A DNA stretch of 64,000 nucleotides, from the NCBI GenBank assembly GCA_010015585.1, contig ML975154.1. One strand, 5' to 3'. Origin of the DNA: Eremomyces bilateralis CBS 781.70. Its lineage: Eukaryota. The position numbers and the translations under genes were made by a program. The notes beneath the pieces are model-generated. The model searched no databases and was not told the origin of the DNA. It saw nothing but the letters and a program-made list of their open reading frames with translations. Shown here one piece after another: positions 35,399-49,232 of the stretch (position 1 is its first letter; every line of letters starts with the position of its first letter).

Positions 35399-36617
35399 TC
35401 ACGGATGATACATCCAATCCGCCGGATTAAACCTCACCTCAAAATCCACCCCCCCATACACCCCCACCGCCGGAAATAGATCATAATTCCCCTCCAACCC
35501 CGCCACCCCCCCCTCCGCCCTCTCATCCATCTCTTCATGCAAATCCCACCCCCCCACCTCCCTTCCCTCCCGCGTAAAAAAGACCCTCACATCATCCAAC
35601 GCCTGCACCAGCCCCTCCCCCTCCCCATACCCCGGCGGCCGCCCCGGCCTCCCAAACCGCATCCCTATCCCCACCGTCTCCCCCGTGCGGAACATCGTCG
35701 TAAAATCCGTCCCCCCAAACGTATCGTTCACGAACCGCCGCCCGTCGTCCCCGTGCACCGCCAGGCTGCCCCGCTGCCACCCTGGCTGCCGCCACGTCGG
35801 ATACGGTGCCGCGACGTAGCCAATCGACACGCTGGCATCGGCCTCCTCGCCCGCGCTCCCCCCACCCCGCCCCATCGCGAGGAGCTTCAGCTCGAAGTAG
35901 ATGGTCTTCGGGATTCCCGTGCGCGCGGGCGAGTCGTTCATCGCGGAGAAGATCGGCAGGGTGGTCAGCAAGCTCGCGTCGGCACCGTCGCCCCAGGTGC
36001 GGGCCTTCCAGGTGCCGGGATGGCGGTCGGGAAGGGGGAGGAGATCGCCGGTGTAGTTATCAGGTTTGAGAAAGGTGAGGTGGCCTGCGCGGAGGGCGGC
36101 GAGGGAGGTGGGGTGGACGGGTTGCGGGGGCCAGAGGGGATTGCGGAGGCACCATTCATAGGCGCGGTCGCCATCGGCGAGGGAGGCGTTGCTGGCGGGG
36201 GAAGCATCGTAGGTGATGGTGGGGGGTGGGGGGAGGAGGGAGGTGTCGGGGATGACGGTCCAGTCGTGGTAGGGGGGAGGGTCGTCGGTTTTGGAGGGGG
36301 GGTTGCTATTGGAGGTGGGGGCAGGTGGAGGTTGGTATTGAGAGGAGGGTTGATGGAGGTGGGATGGGGGTGGACCGGGTGGTGGAGGGTATTCCTCGGT
36401 GGCCTGGTAGTATCCTGGGGGAGGTCCTGGAGGGGGTTGATATTGCTGGTTCTGGTTGTAACCCGGGGGCGGGCCAGACGGAGGGTTGTACCTGTTGTTG
36501 ATTGTTAGAATCTTTGTTCAAATATAATCTACTAATCGGCGATACTGGTTCGATCTAGCTCAATCACCGTCCACGAAGAACGGCACTAGGTTGGAGACCA
36601 GGGATTTCTACTTACAT
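35399..36617 (-). CDS. SPRY-domain protein with proline-rich N-terminus (Ssh4-like)
   Basis: AT(36617-36616)|intron 36615-36492|G gives MYNPPSGPPPGY..., 364 aa. SPRY motifs YFELKL, SIGYVAAPYPTWRQPGWQRGSLAVHGDDGRRF, GETVGIG, FFTREG, LFPAVG. Confidence 0.88.
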
Positions 36618-37408
36618 TGTCCTTGAATTGATGTCGAAGCTTCTGGACTTTATCCACAGGAGTATGGTTTGTCACGAGTCTTCTTTCGGTTCAACTAGAC
36701 AGGGAGGAAATGTAGAAGTAGGTTACAGCTTATACTATGTATACCGGGAATTTATAGAGGCGTTGCGAATCGTCGGTTCCGGTTGAGGCGCAGCGGTGGT
36801 TCGTACCGAAGTTAAATGATATCACGAATCTATGAATGACAGGACAAGGCTGTGTTCTGCTAACTTCCTAGTCATCCAGTAATATTCCAATTTTCTCGCA
36901 GACTCCGGTGTATAATTGTCAGCTAGAATTGGGTATCGGGGAAGGCAGATTTACAGGACAATCTCATGCGTTGGTTGATCCCATGAACCCGGATCGTGAT
37001 GGACGACGGGGGCCACAGTACCGGTATTGCTCGGTGATGTTGATCGGACCTATTGCTTGCAATGCACATGCTTGGATTTATCAAATGAACCCTCAATGGG
37101 TACATGAGGTGTCTATTCATTCTATATGCTCCATTTCTTTGGACTACATCACAGGTTCACTGACCGCATACGCACATTTGCCGTCTTCTGGTTCCTAAGC
37201 CGTGTCATCATTCATTTCCCAGCGCCCGGTATTCTATCCATCGTCTCTCTAGCAACAGCTTCCTTTATTGCCATGAGCAGTCCAGGCATGTGTGCTCCTC
37301 ACGAGCCAATCTGGCCCATCGAAGTATTCAAGTGACGGATCATCAAGAAGAACGGCGTCTTTCCGATTCCACCTCGCTCTCAATCTGCCAAACCGATAAT
37401 TCAGCCTC

Positions 37409-38711
37409 TCAATGCACCATCTGTGAAGCATAGAACTCCTGCCTTAAATTAGCACCGAAAATCCCCACTCTCACCCGCCAAACTCACCGGATACTGATTC
37501 TGAATCATCGTCGTAATCCGCTCCACCTCCTCCGCCTGCCCTCTTAGATTCCCATCCCACGTCCGCATCTCCCTCCCCACCAGCAAATCTCCCCGCACTA
37601 CCCCCCGCTCCCCCGTGCTCTCCCCCTCGAAGTAAATCAGCCCGTCCACCTGGTCGATGTACCCCGCCAACCGCCCCTCCTCGATCATCTGCGCGGCGTA
37701 ACGCTCGGCTTTCTCCTTGTCGATCCCCAGGAGCCCGCCGAGCTCCTCCACGCGGATGTTGTTGTACAGGCGCGATGCGGCGACCATGTTGTGCTCGAGG
37801 ACTGCTTTTTGGAGGACGGTGAACCCGTCGGACGTCTTGGCGAGTTGGTGCTCGCTGAGCTTCTTCTCGAACGCCGCGATGTCGGTGGGGGAGAGGAGCC
37901 GGTCGAGGAAGATTCGTTCTAGGATGCTGTATTCCTCGACGTGCGTCGCTCGCTCGTCCTTGTAGAGTCGCGCGAGCATCTTCGCTCGCTGCGGGCCGGC
38001 GGGAGCGAGAACCGCGCAGGTGATGGACGCCGACAGCGCTTGAAGCCGTTCGTCTTCGTCGACTTCCCGCTGCAGGCTGAGGATGTGGTAGGCGGAGCTC
38101 GCTTCCAAGAACGATCGCTGCGAGTCCAGGATGCGCGCCCGCGAGAGCTCGTATTGCAACTTCGTGGTCGCATCGGTGACGTCGAAGATGATGTTCTTGA
38201 CACGGTTGAGATACCCCGTTGCGCTTATTGGGTCCTCCTCTTCTAGATAGCAGCGCACAATGCGCACCCAGATCTTGGCCCGCTCGTCGGCGGTGAAGCT
38301 CCGCTGCGAGGAATCGAGGCTGATCGACTGCAGGACGCGGGCGGAGTTGCGGAAGTCCTCCTCGTCTTCGTGGGCATCGGCAAGGATCTCGCGGATGGCG
38401 CGGTCTTGCTCTTCAAATGAGACGACTTTGTGGTGGAGGGTGGCGAGGAGGGATTGGCAGACTTCGATGCGCAGGGAGAGGGAGGGGATGGCGCGGAGAC
38501 GGTCGACAAGGAGGTGGAGGAGGGGGCGGGCGGAGACGATGCCGAGAGCGTCGCTGGTGACGACGCTCGCGAAGGTTTGGAGGCCTGCGAGGACGTCGCG
38601 GTCGTTGGAAGATTGGAGGATCAAGTCAAGGAGGGAAGGCGTCTTTTGGAGTCGTTCGCTCTGGGGGGCGTGTTCGAGTTGTTGACATATTTGTTCGACC
38701 TGGGAGGCCAT
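37409..38711 (-). CDS. CSN4: COP9 signalosome subunit 4 (PCI domain)
   Basis: Exons 38711-37488 and 37438-37409. VSFEEQ, ARILDSQRSFLEA, CAVLAPAGPQR, LYKDER, EHNMVAASRLYNNI, IDQVDGLIYF. Confidence 0.96.
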
Positions 38712-38964
38712 GGTGAAGGTGAGGGACTTCACTAGTGGGATTAGGGCATATATTTGGGGTGAGTTTAGTCGAGGCAACCAGCTATGTAGAGGAATTGTAG
38801 GATTATGAGAATTTGACTGTACAATGTGAGAGGAGAGTGCATATACAGTAAGTTTGATGTGCTTGAATTGATCTTGAACTGGCCCAACTGGATACCTTGA
38901 GCTTCAGTGATCCCCACAGTGACAGGGGTTGACTATTGCGGTCTTGACGTCTTGGGTTTATGCT

Positions 38965-39048
38965 GCCTTAACGCCTTAGGGTCTTGATGTGAGAGCGCAA
39001 CAGCACGTGCAAATGCGCCAAGGCATCAAGACGCTAAGGCGCTAAGGC
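38965..39048. repeat. 84-bp imperfect inverted repeat centred on GCACGTGC in the CSN4/TFG2 bidirectional promoter
   Basis: Arms 38965-38989 and 39024-39048 match at 23/25. Inner GCGCA/TGCGC and the central GCACGTGC share the same dyad axis (39006/39007). Confidence 0.85.
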
Positions 39049-39383
39049 GCTAAGGCGTGGATTACGTCGATTAGAGCGATCCAGACATCACCTTCATATC
39101 GCTTTCAATCTTCATTTCCGTTGATACTCCCCACTCTCCTCCCAGTCATTCCACTCACTTTTCACCTTCATAGTCCCTTCAGCATTTGCAATTGGCTCGT
39201 CCCACCTTGCCTTCCTTCTACTTCTTCTACTTCTTCCACTCCTCCTCCCTCGCCTTCACACTTGCAGCTCCACCCTCCAGGCATCTTTCCCCAATCTTCG
39301 CAACTCTTTCTTCTCACCATATAATATATCTACTTTAATCCTTCTACAGCTACCCTTCTTTTCTCTGTCATCAACCTTCCACC

Positions 39384-40540
39384 ATGGCCACCCATTCTCC
39401 CGCCGCGTATCTAGCAAATGAGAAGCCGTTGGACGGGTACGTCAAGACCGAGGATATGGATTCCCAACCTGTCGGCGGGGACCCCACCGGCGGCTACATG
39501 GACGACGATGATGAAGGCGACGAACTCAACATGACGAACGTCCACGAGGATGCCCTGCTAATGCGCGTCGACCACGATCTCTGGGTCGCCATCCAAGACA
39601 TGACCGAAGACGAGCCGATCCAGATGGGCTATGTCCGAGAATGGGAGAACGGCAAGGTAATTCAGCCCCTTGCAAAACCCAATGGACGCGTTTGGAAACT
39701 GACGAAATTGGCGGTCAGACCAAGATGTTCCTTAAGGAGATGCCCCCGAACCATTACCTCGTGCCCCGCGAATACGACCTCAACGTCACCGACGCCAACG
39801 TCAAGAATCTCTTCGTCTTCGCCGAGAAGGAGATGCCCGCTTTTAAACCTAACATGCTCGGACGATTCAAGGACCAGAAGAAGTCCATCGGCAGCCAAGA
39901 AGACAGCGAGAAGGGCGCTCAACGAATGCGCCGAGGAAAGCGCATCATCCCCAGTACGCTCCCTGATCCCTTATGAAAAACTCTACTCACCTCCCTAGAA
40001 CGCACCACCCTCTACGCCGGCATCCGCAAAGAACTCTCCGTCCTCCCCGTCCAAAACGACACCTTCCATGCCCTCGAAAAAGCCAAATTCTCCGAACTCC
40101 TCAAGAAAGAATTCCGCTTCACCACCAAGACCTCCACCAACGATACCAAGATGCTCGGTCTCGACAACATGGAAAACCTCCTCAAATACGGCGCCCGCCC
40201 TGCCAAGACCCAGGACAACAAGGCCATCCGCATGGACCGCAGCCTGCTGCTCGAACGCCTGGGCTACTTGTTCGGGCAGTATCGATACTGGACGCTGCGC
40301 ACGCTGAAGAACGAGCTGCAGCAGCCCGAGGCGTATTTGAAGGAGGTGCTGCAGGGGATCGCGGTGTTGGTGAAGAGTGGGCCGTTCGCGAACCATTGGA
40401 CGTTGCGGCCGGAGATGGTGGAGACGATTAAGTGGGCGGAGAGGGGGGCCGCGGCGGAGGGGGCCGCGCCAGGGGTGGGGACGGAGAGTAGCGCCGGGGA
40501 GGAGGAGGATGAGGAGGCGGAGATGGAGGATGTGCTTTAG
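39384..40540 (+). CDS. TFG2: Transcription initiation factor TFIIF beta subunit (RAP30)
   Basis: Exons 39384-39656, 39719-39953, 39999-40540. VPREYDL, IPKRTTL, KAIRMDRSLLLERL..LF.QY.YW....LK....QPEAYLKEVL..IA.L...GP....W.LRPE. Confidence 0.94.
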
Positions 40541-43500
40541 GGGGAAGAATGGACAGTGGGGTGTTCGGTGTTGGTGTTTGGCGTTCGGTGTTCCGAGATA
40601 ATTGAGACTTGGGACGAGAAGTATGCTTGCGCTCATGAGAGCCGGTTCGGCAGTGCGACGAGGACTCGGAGGTATTGGCGGCGCTACTTCGTAGTACAGT
40701 AATGAGGCGATGTGATACCCAACCGACCACCGGTATAGACTACAGTAGCTAAGATAGGAGAACAATGGAAACCTCAATAATCATCGTCCCCATCGGATTG
40801 GACTGGACTGGACTGGGTGTGACATCATCCCATTCCCTCTCTCATTCTCGTTATTTCCCTCCTCCCCACCTGACATCTATTCCCATTTCATTCCCCCAAC
40901 ATGGTGTTTCGCTATCCGGATATCCTCACCGGTAGGTTGGCTGTGGTCTCCCATCGTCACGCGCGCAAGATTCATACCCAAGGCATAAGATCTCGAGTGA
41001 AGCGAAGCCTCAAGTCAGTGACATTGCTGATATTTATCCCCTGGGCACCGCAGATGCCGTACATAGATGTCATACATAATGTAACTTGGAGGGGTACTAC
41101 TGTGGCGTGCAGGAAGGGTAGGGCGGGTGCTATACTCGCATCCCTTCCGCAAGCGGCTTGGAATATCTATAGGTTCTCGGATCATCATATGACTCCTATC
41201 CTTTCTCTACACATAAGACATGGTCAATTCCCCTGTCAATCTTTCCTCCCTCCATGTATCACGAGCTGAACGGGTCTGATGGGCATCAATTTCAGCTTCA
41301 GCTCGAAAGTAAGGCGACGATCATACATATCATAGCAGGGGATGCGCATAGAACTCCACTGCACTGCACTGCACGCGCTCTACAGTCATCTCAAACCGCC
41401 GTATACCTTACGTACATGGAAAGCATAAGGCTTCGATTACATACCGACCAAAACCCAAAACCGAAATGTCTCACTCCTTCGCCTCGCTCCACCATGGATT
41501 TGAGATTTCAGATCTGCCCCGCAACTCGCCTGTCAGTCTGCGAACTCCATGCGTGCATGTCTGCCGTCAGATCAGGATCCAGGGGAGGGAGTAAGCGAGT
41601 TGGGCATCAACGCTCGGAGTCTCTGCGCTGAAGAATAAATGAGGCGGTATGGAAGTAAGTCCATCTAGCCCAAGAAGAGAGATCGATTAAGGTAAGGTAC
41701 CTACGCTTCTGGAGCCCAAGGATATGGAATACGGAGTCGCACGGCGGAGGATCGTTGGTTAGAGGAGTTAGTTGGTAGGTGGGAAAAGGTTGTGGACGGG
41801 TTAGTGAAGTCCGGGGTTGGGGACCAATCGATCGGACTAGGGGGTGGATCGGGAGGTTAGGCCCTTGCTACCTAGGTGAGGTCGTTTGCCTTGCTTTGCA
41901 ATGGCGAAGAATCGATAGTGGTTTCGGATTCGAGAGTTGGGAATGGAGTTGGGATGGACGATGCTAGGGCTGGAGATCGAGGGGCTGCGATCTGGTATGG
42001 CTACTGCGCTTCAGGGTGGGGAGGGAGGTATCCAGGGGGTCGATCGATGTCATCGATGACCATAGGGAATATATCCAAAGTCCAAAGTCCAAACTCGCCA
42101 CGGAGATGTACCAAGGAGCCTCATCACATCCGCCATTCCAGAATCCAGTCGCTGCCCGTACATATCCACCTAAGAGGTACGAACTGCTCCGCATACATCA
42201 ATTCAGATTACACTTCGTTTGCTCCCGTTCATTACCCCCAATCATCGCCCACCAACCGGACTCCGGCCCTATCCGAATTGCTCTCCGGCCTACCACCTCC
42301 ACCTGCTTGCTCTCTCGTTCGCGATCCGGGCCCGCTGGACGCGGTGTCCCGTCGCGCGGCCGTGGTGTCGGGACAGGAAGTAGAATCCGGATGATGTAGA
42401 TAGAGGGTGGGAACATGGTGTAGGAGGGAGCGGAGGCGACGGGCGGTGGGTTTGTTTAGTTGCTCAGTTGGAAAGGGAGGAGGATAGGAATAGAACAGAC
42501 GGAGTTTCTGCTGGAGAGAACAAAGGATGAAGCGAGGACGGTACATACAGGGTTCCGTACGGAGGAGGCTATTGCTTGATCGACGATGAGAGGAGCGTGT
42601 CACGATAACCCGCGGGGTTCCAGGTTGCGATCGACCAATCGCTCGGTTGCGCCAACGCATCCGCGAATCCTGGGAAAGATTTAGTTGTACGGAGCCGATA
42701 TCCCACCAATCCGGCGTAGAGAAATGCAGATTACACGCAGGTATTTGGGGGGGTGGGGAGCACGGCATTCCTGGCGTCATGTCCGGTTACGGAGTGGAAT
42801 CTACGATGCTAGACTAGATTGTGGGACGCTGGAATCTGGATTCCGTGGGCGCTGCTAGTATGAGATATTCCGGTATCGTGGGATGGGAGCAGGAAGTTGA
42901 AAAGGGGGTTCGCACTGGGGGAGAAATATCAAATACTGATGCGTGAAACGGAATGATGCAAGGGAGAAACGTGCGTATCGATAAGGAATCGCGGGGTCAT
43001 GTTGTGGTTCAGAAACTCGTCCGCCCACCATCACGGTCATCTGTCCAACGTCATGCGAGCGCTTGTTTGAGACCAGCGACAGCGAACATCCTGCGATACG
43101 GTACCGTAAGAGTTATGGTGCGAGCACGAGCATCCATCGCTCCGCGGATTATTGCTGAAAAGCACTGCCTAACCATGACAATATCAGAACTAAGCCGGAT
43201 CAGGCACATCGCAAGGCAACCCAGCTCGACGTCCCCTCCGCAAAGTGCGAATTGACAGCCAGCACCCAGCATGCAACGAGCATGTCAACCCCATCCCATC
43301 ACCTCGCAGGACAGACGGGCCGGACCTCTACTTGGGCATTCGTCCTTGTTGCGACTTGCAGTGCGGGACGCTGGGACATCTGCACGGCGAGTTAGGGGAA
43401 TCACATTCATGGGGATTGGGGTTGGGCGGGCGGGCGGCGGACAAAGGCATCAACGGAACGATGCTTCGGATGCTGATCGGGCATTCAGTTTAGATGGCTG

Positions 43501-45555
43501 GAAATAGAAATAGAATGGGATCGGAGTGTGGGTTGTGAGAGATCATAATGAGGAAATCGGAGGAGGACATGGCGGTGCGGGGTTGGGATAGGAGAATACT
43601 GGGGGATAGGCGCAGAGGTGACCAGTGAGGGGTGGTACGCGTATTACGGCCGAACCTCCAAACACAACAAAGTATCTGTACGAGGCTATGCCAGTTCGCT
43701 GGATGCTAGTCGGATCACTGATACTGTCATGAGAGGCTGAGATTGTTATTGGAATACTGTGGGGAATTTGAATTTGAATGCCGCCCCGGAGGAATTGGTC
43801 AATCTTGACCATCTTGATTCCAGGACCCTGAATGAATTCAGGATTGACAACAATAAGGACGAGGAAAAGAAAGCGGTCAAGCGGGGTTCGGGACGGCGCG
43901 AGATTCCGCCCAGTTCTTAGTTAAGATCGCCTGAGGGCTGAGATAGTGACGGAAGTAGTGGGACATAGCTGCCCGTCCCGGTCTCGCTTGCTCTATCATC
44001 AATCACTAATCAGCCCTCTATCGACGACTATCATTGGAATTATGAAGGACGCTGCAAGAGACTGTTGAATATCAGAAATGGCTGTCTACGGCAACAGTTG
44101 TCGTTAGGTTATACGATTCAACATTTCGAGGCACTCGCAGCATTTCAACGCCTCCCACCAGTGAAAGGGCGAGCAACCTGCGAACGCTGACCAAACCAGC
44201 AGCATTGGCTGACATGATCCCAATCAAACAAGCCATGGGGGAAATCTCAATTCTCCAGTTCTTTCGTGCCCAAGGCTACCGCATTAATCTCATCTGTCCC
44301 TCCTGATAGATCTCTTCCAGCGTCTCCAGTCCCAACTTGAGACAACCCCACAGAAAGGACTCGTAACCGCTATCACGATGACTCCCTCTGCCTCCGAAGC
44401 GCGAGAACCTGAGGCTGGTCTCATCAGTTGCATGACCGTTTCCTCTCGAACTGAAAGCCACTGCAATCCCGAAATTCGCGAGGAACAGCAGGGCGAAACG
44501 GACGGGCGGTCCGCCAATGGACGATGGGGCCTCGATGCATTCGTACCCAATGTGATGGGGCGGCCAGTCAGCAACAACACCAGTGGTGAGGCCGTGATGG
44601 TGATGGTCGAATCAAACGGATCGATGATACGTTGATACTACTTTCAGAGACAAATACGCCAATCCGCAGTCGCTAGAAAGAGGATTTACTGGTCCTTGGC
44701 TAGGTAATGGGTATATTTGCTAAGCACCGGATGACCTTGTCTCGTCCACTCAACGCTATTCCCGTCCTCCCCCTCCCGTCCTATCACCACTTCATCCACT
44801 CCCCCATATCCAATATCCCCCCCATCCTGATCTTCATCCCTAACCCGCGCATCCCCCCATCGCCATTTACTGTCTACTGATTTCACCCATGCCCGCCTCG
44901 TACCAGTGAGATCGGGTGTCGGGCTGGTCTCAAATCTTGCCTCTCCCCATCTAGTCTTTCGCCTTGTCCACCCACATGCCCATCCCCCCGGTTCCCCTCG
45001 CCAATTCCAGCGCAAGCCCTTGTTCCATGTCCATGTCCCTCTACAGTCTAATTCCGAGTCTTGTCACCCCATTGTATCCCACCTTTGCGTTTCCCCTCCT
45101 TGTATGTCGAGACTGTTGCGTAAGGAACTAAGGGAGAGCTCATAATCATCTGAGAGCATCCTTAAACCAAGCCTTTTCCCGGCTTCTCACCTCCCGCATC
45201 TTTCCTGTTTCCCACATACATACCGCCCCGTCCTGCTCACCCGGAACCGCCGTTTGTCTCTCCCATATTAACCTACTATCCTTTTATCCTCCCGATCATT
45301 CCCTTCCATCGTACGACGGTCATTCTCCTCGTTGATACGATTCCTACGACCTGGGACTCCCGTTGCCGCCCGTCTGGTTGTTATCCGCCACATTTTCCCC
45401 AACCCCGCCAACCCTCAAACCTGCTTCTGTACACCGCCCATTGCCGGCCCATCAGAACCCATCCACCGCGAGAAACGAACATCTGACGAGCGAGCGAGCA
45501 GCACGCACAATCCATTCTTCCCATTGCCGCCCAATTTTCGGGATTGCATTAAATC

Positions 45556-47751
45556 ATGGCCTTTCCGCACGCCAATTCCCACCAGTCCTTCTACCGTCCT
45601 CCCTCCCAACTCTCCATCCACCGCAAACCCTCCACCGCGAGTCTCAACAGCAACTTCTTCGACGATCTCGACGATTCGTTACCGGAATCCACCATGCTCT
45701 CGCCCTCGGGCACGCCGGCATCCCTCATGTCTCCTCAAATGTCCACGGTATGGGACGACTTCACAACGTCGGGTCCGTTCTCCCACTCTCAAGAACGAAG
45801 CGACTCCGTCTCGACGAATCCGTTCGGGCAGACCAACAATCCCTTCCTTCGCCTCGAACCCGCTCAAGCCGCCATGTATGGCCAGCAGTCAGTATGGACG
45901 CCTTTCGACCGATCCGATTCGTCCAGCACGCCCACGCCGGTCCAGAAGTACGAGCCCTTTGGATCGGAGTTTGACTCGGGTGCCCAGCATCATCGTCCCC
46001 ACGTCTTCCCCGTGCATCCCCCCTCCAATGATTTCGGTGCCGTTCCAATGCAGCAGCAACCATCGCAGCAACCCCTTCCCAATGTCCGTCCCAGCTCCAT
46101 ATTCCCCTCCGCCACCCCTCTCGCGCAGTCACCCACCACCGAGAAGCAATGGATGGCGTTACCCCCGTCGTCGAGCGTGCAGCCCGGCCCCGTCGAGGAA
46201 CGCCCGGCCCCCAAGCGCATGCGACCCAACTCCCCGCAGCGGACACTGTCGTACGCCACGTTCCCCCGCCCCGACGGCATCCGGAAGAAGAACGCCCGGC
46301 TAGACATCCCCGTGGAGCGGAACCTGACGAACATCGATCGCTTGATCCACGAGTCGTCCAACGACGAAGAGAAGAAAGAGTTGAAAGCGCAGAAGCGCCT
46401 TTTGAGGAATAGACAGGCCGCGTACGAACCCCCTTCCTGTTCGATTTTTGGTTTTTGGTCCCAGCACCCGTTCCCCGTCAATTTGGTCCACCCTTCCCAA
46501 CCGCATTGCATTTCCGCGTGTACCCCGCTAACAGTTTTCTGATCTAGACTTGACTCCCGTCAGCGCAAAAAGAAACACACCGAGGAACTAGAGCTGGAGA
46601 AGAAGAGCTGGGACGATCGCCTCCAGGTCCTCGAAGCCGAAGTCAACGCCCTCCGCATCCAATCTGGCGACCTCCACGCCGAAAAGGATCAATGGATGCG
46701 CGAGCGCTGCGTTATGGTCCAGCAGATCGAGACCGCCCAGTGGGAGAAAGAGGAGCTGGTTCGCAGCCACACCCTCGAGACGGGCGACCTGCGCAAGAAA
46801 GTCAACTTCCTCCGCGAACAGCTCGACGCGACCGCCGCCGGCGGGATAGGCGCGGGTATGGGCGACGCCCCGCAGCCGATGGCGACGGGCCATCATGTCG
46901 GCGCGTTTAACGAGTTCACCAACGAGATGGACAACCTGACCATGGCGAGTGAATGGGACAACTACATCTACGACTTCTGCGTCGACCCAGACACCCCCGC
47001 CACGCCGACTCCCGCCACCGTCGCTGTCGCCGCGTCCACGCCGACCCCCTCCTCTAAATCCACTCCCACCAACTCAACCACCACCCTCGTCGTCTCCCGC
47101 CCCAAACTCCCCACCCCCCCCATCGCCTCCGACGACAAACCCGTCAACCACGGCGTCCTCCTCATGCTCCTCCTCTGGGGCGCCTTCGTCGCCCACCACT
47201 CCACCTCCTCCTCCCCCCCTTCCCTTCCCCGCCTCCCCGACCACGTCCGCGCTGCCTCCGCCACCGTCCTCGACTCCATCCTCAACGACGACCTCCCTCA
47301 CCCCGCCGCCCTCACCGTCAACCCCGCCTCCACCTGGCCCAAACCCGCGTCCGGCCTCACCGACCACATCATGGGCAACACCGGCTTGGGCGGCATCGGC
47401 GGCGGCGACAATCCCCCCATGGAGCGCCTGCACGCGTCGCTCACGCAACCCACCAAAGCGCAGGAAGCCGAGCAGTTGTTCTCGCTTACGCCGACGCAGT
47501 ACAGCGCATTGACGGATCCGTCCTGCGGGCGCGCGTCTTCCATCTCCTCTTCTGAGGATACTACCGCGGGGAAATCCGGGGGAGCGAATCGGAGGAATCT
47601 GGCGGAGGCGCTGGCGGCGATGCGGGAGCGGAGGGGGGAGTCGGCGGCGGAGGTGTATACGCGGAGTTTGCTGTGGGGGCAGATTCCGGGGGAGGTGGTG
47701 AGGGAGTTTAAGCGGATGGTGGGGGAGGGGGGAGGAGGGATGGAGGAGTGA
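45556..47751 (+). CDS. bZIP transcription factor with a putative transmembrane segment
   Basis: Exons 45556-46421 and 46548-47751. Basic region KRLLRNRQAALDSRQRKKKHTEELE followed by a zipper; hydrophobic GVLLMLLLWGAFVA. Confidence 0.92.
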
Positions 47752-49232
47752 GTTGAGGTGATATTGCGGTGATTTAAAGAGTCGCAATAGACACTCGGGA
47801 AGTTGGAGTAGCGATGAACGAGCGGGTCGCGGGAGCGACGCGGAGGGTTGGCGTGGAGCGAGGTTCCCGGAGGGAAGGTGATGACAGATATTGATGACTG
47901 ACGAGGTCAATTTGTGACAAAGAATGGGGACGATATGATAGTTTACGATCTAACACGAGACGAAGCCATGGGATGGATGATGGATGCTGGACACTGTCCG
48001 CACCACCGATGACACGACGTTTTGGCAATTTGTTTTGGGTACAGCGAGCGGCTTTCAGCGGGTTTACAGCGATGGATTTTTCATGTTTGCATTTCCCTCG
48101 CATCTCTCCATATCTTCATGGGGTGTGCCGTCTGCTTTCTTCATTTGTTCAGTTTTCAATTTTTACGCGCATATGACGACGAGGTTATGAAATCGGAACG
48201 AGTCATTGATCTATCTATCTACTGCGGATCTGACCATGGTTCGGTAATGAATGGGACACGCCGAATGTTGTACGAGATTGGATGGTTCATGGCTCGGGGG
48301 GTGGTTGGATGGATGGATGGGCATTGGGACGGACGGTGGCTTTGGCTGTCATCTCAGTGGACTACCTAGGTATACCAGACGGTATCTTTTCATTTGTCTG
48401 GGTTTCTTTTGTGAGGGAGAAAACTGGTTGTTGATAGTTGATTTTGATAGTTGGTAGTGGAATGGCATGTGTTCCGCTCTACTCTTCTAGACGCCCGTCA
48501 TCGATTCTCATGGAACGCTTTCCTTGCACTAAACCGTCTCAAGTGCACGATATTCAGTCTATGTCGGTTGGTCCTAGAAAGGGTGATGATCACTACCACC
48601 CGGACCGTAAGGGAACCCCTTCGGGAGAAGCATCGCTGACCGGATGACCATTCTTGGATTCCGATCACGCTCGAACACTCGTCTCATTATTTCCTCCGAT
48701 GATCAAACTGATATCGTACCATGGCATCCTATTGAGCCCGCCTGTCGTGCTATCCACGCGTCTAATGCAAGGTGCGGCCGCTAGGGATTGAGATCAGGAG
48801 GCCGGGTGGATGTAAGGAACGTGACCATCACACGGGCTCCTGTACAGGGAATCACATTCACCACACCGTTCAGCGGCCGCTTCTGGAAGGAGGGAGGGAG
48901 GAGTTGGGCTGGGCTGGCTGCTTCCTGCGGGTCGGGTAGGCGACGGGTTGATCAGTTGGAAGCGAAAACACGGAGATATCACTCGGAATGCTCGCTTGGA
49001 TGATCAGTGTACCTCCCCCAACGAGGAATGGACGTCGATAGAAATGATCCGGTCAGCCTTGCCCTCTTTCGCCCAACGCAACAAATGTCTCCGAGATCGG
49101 GGTGCAGTATTACGGACATTGAAAATCATTCCCTAGCATCGGCTTCGTGCGTGGAAATCCCACTCAACTAAATCCCACCCATCTATCATAGGTATCCAAT
49201 GAAAATCCCCTCAAAATATCATCTTCAATCCA

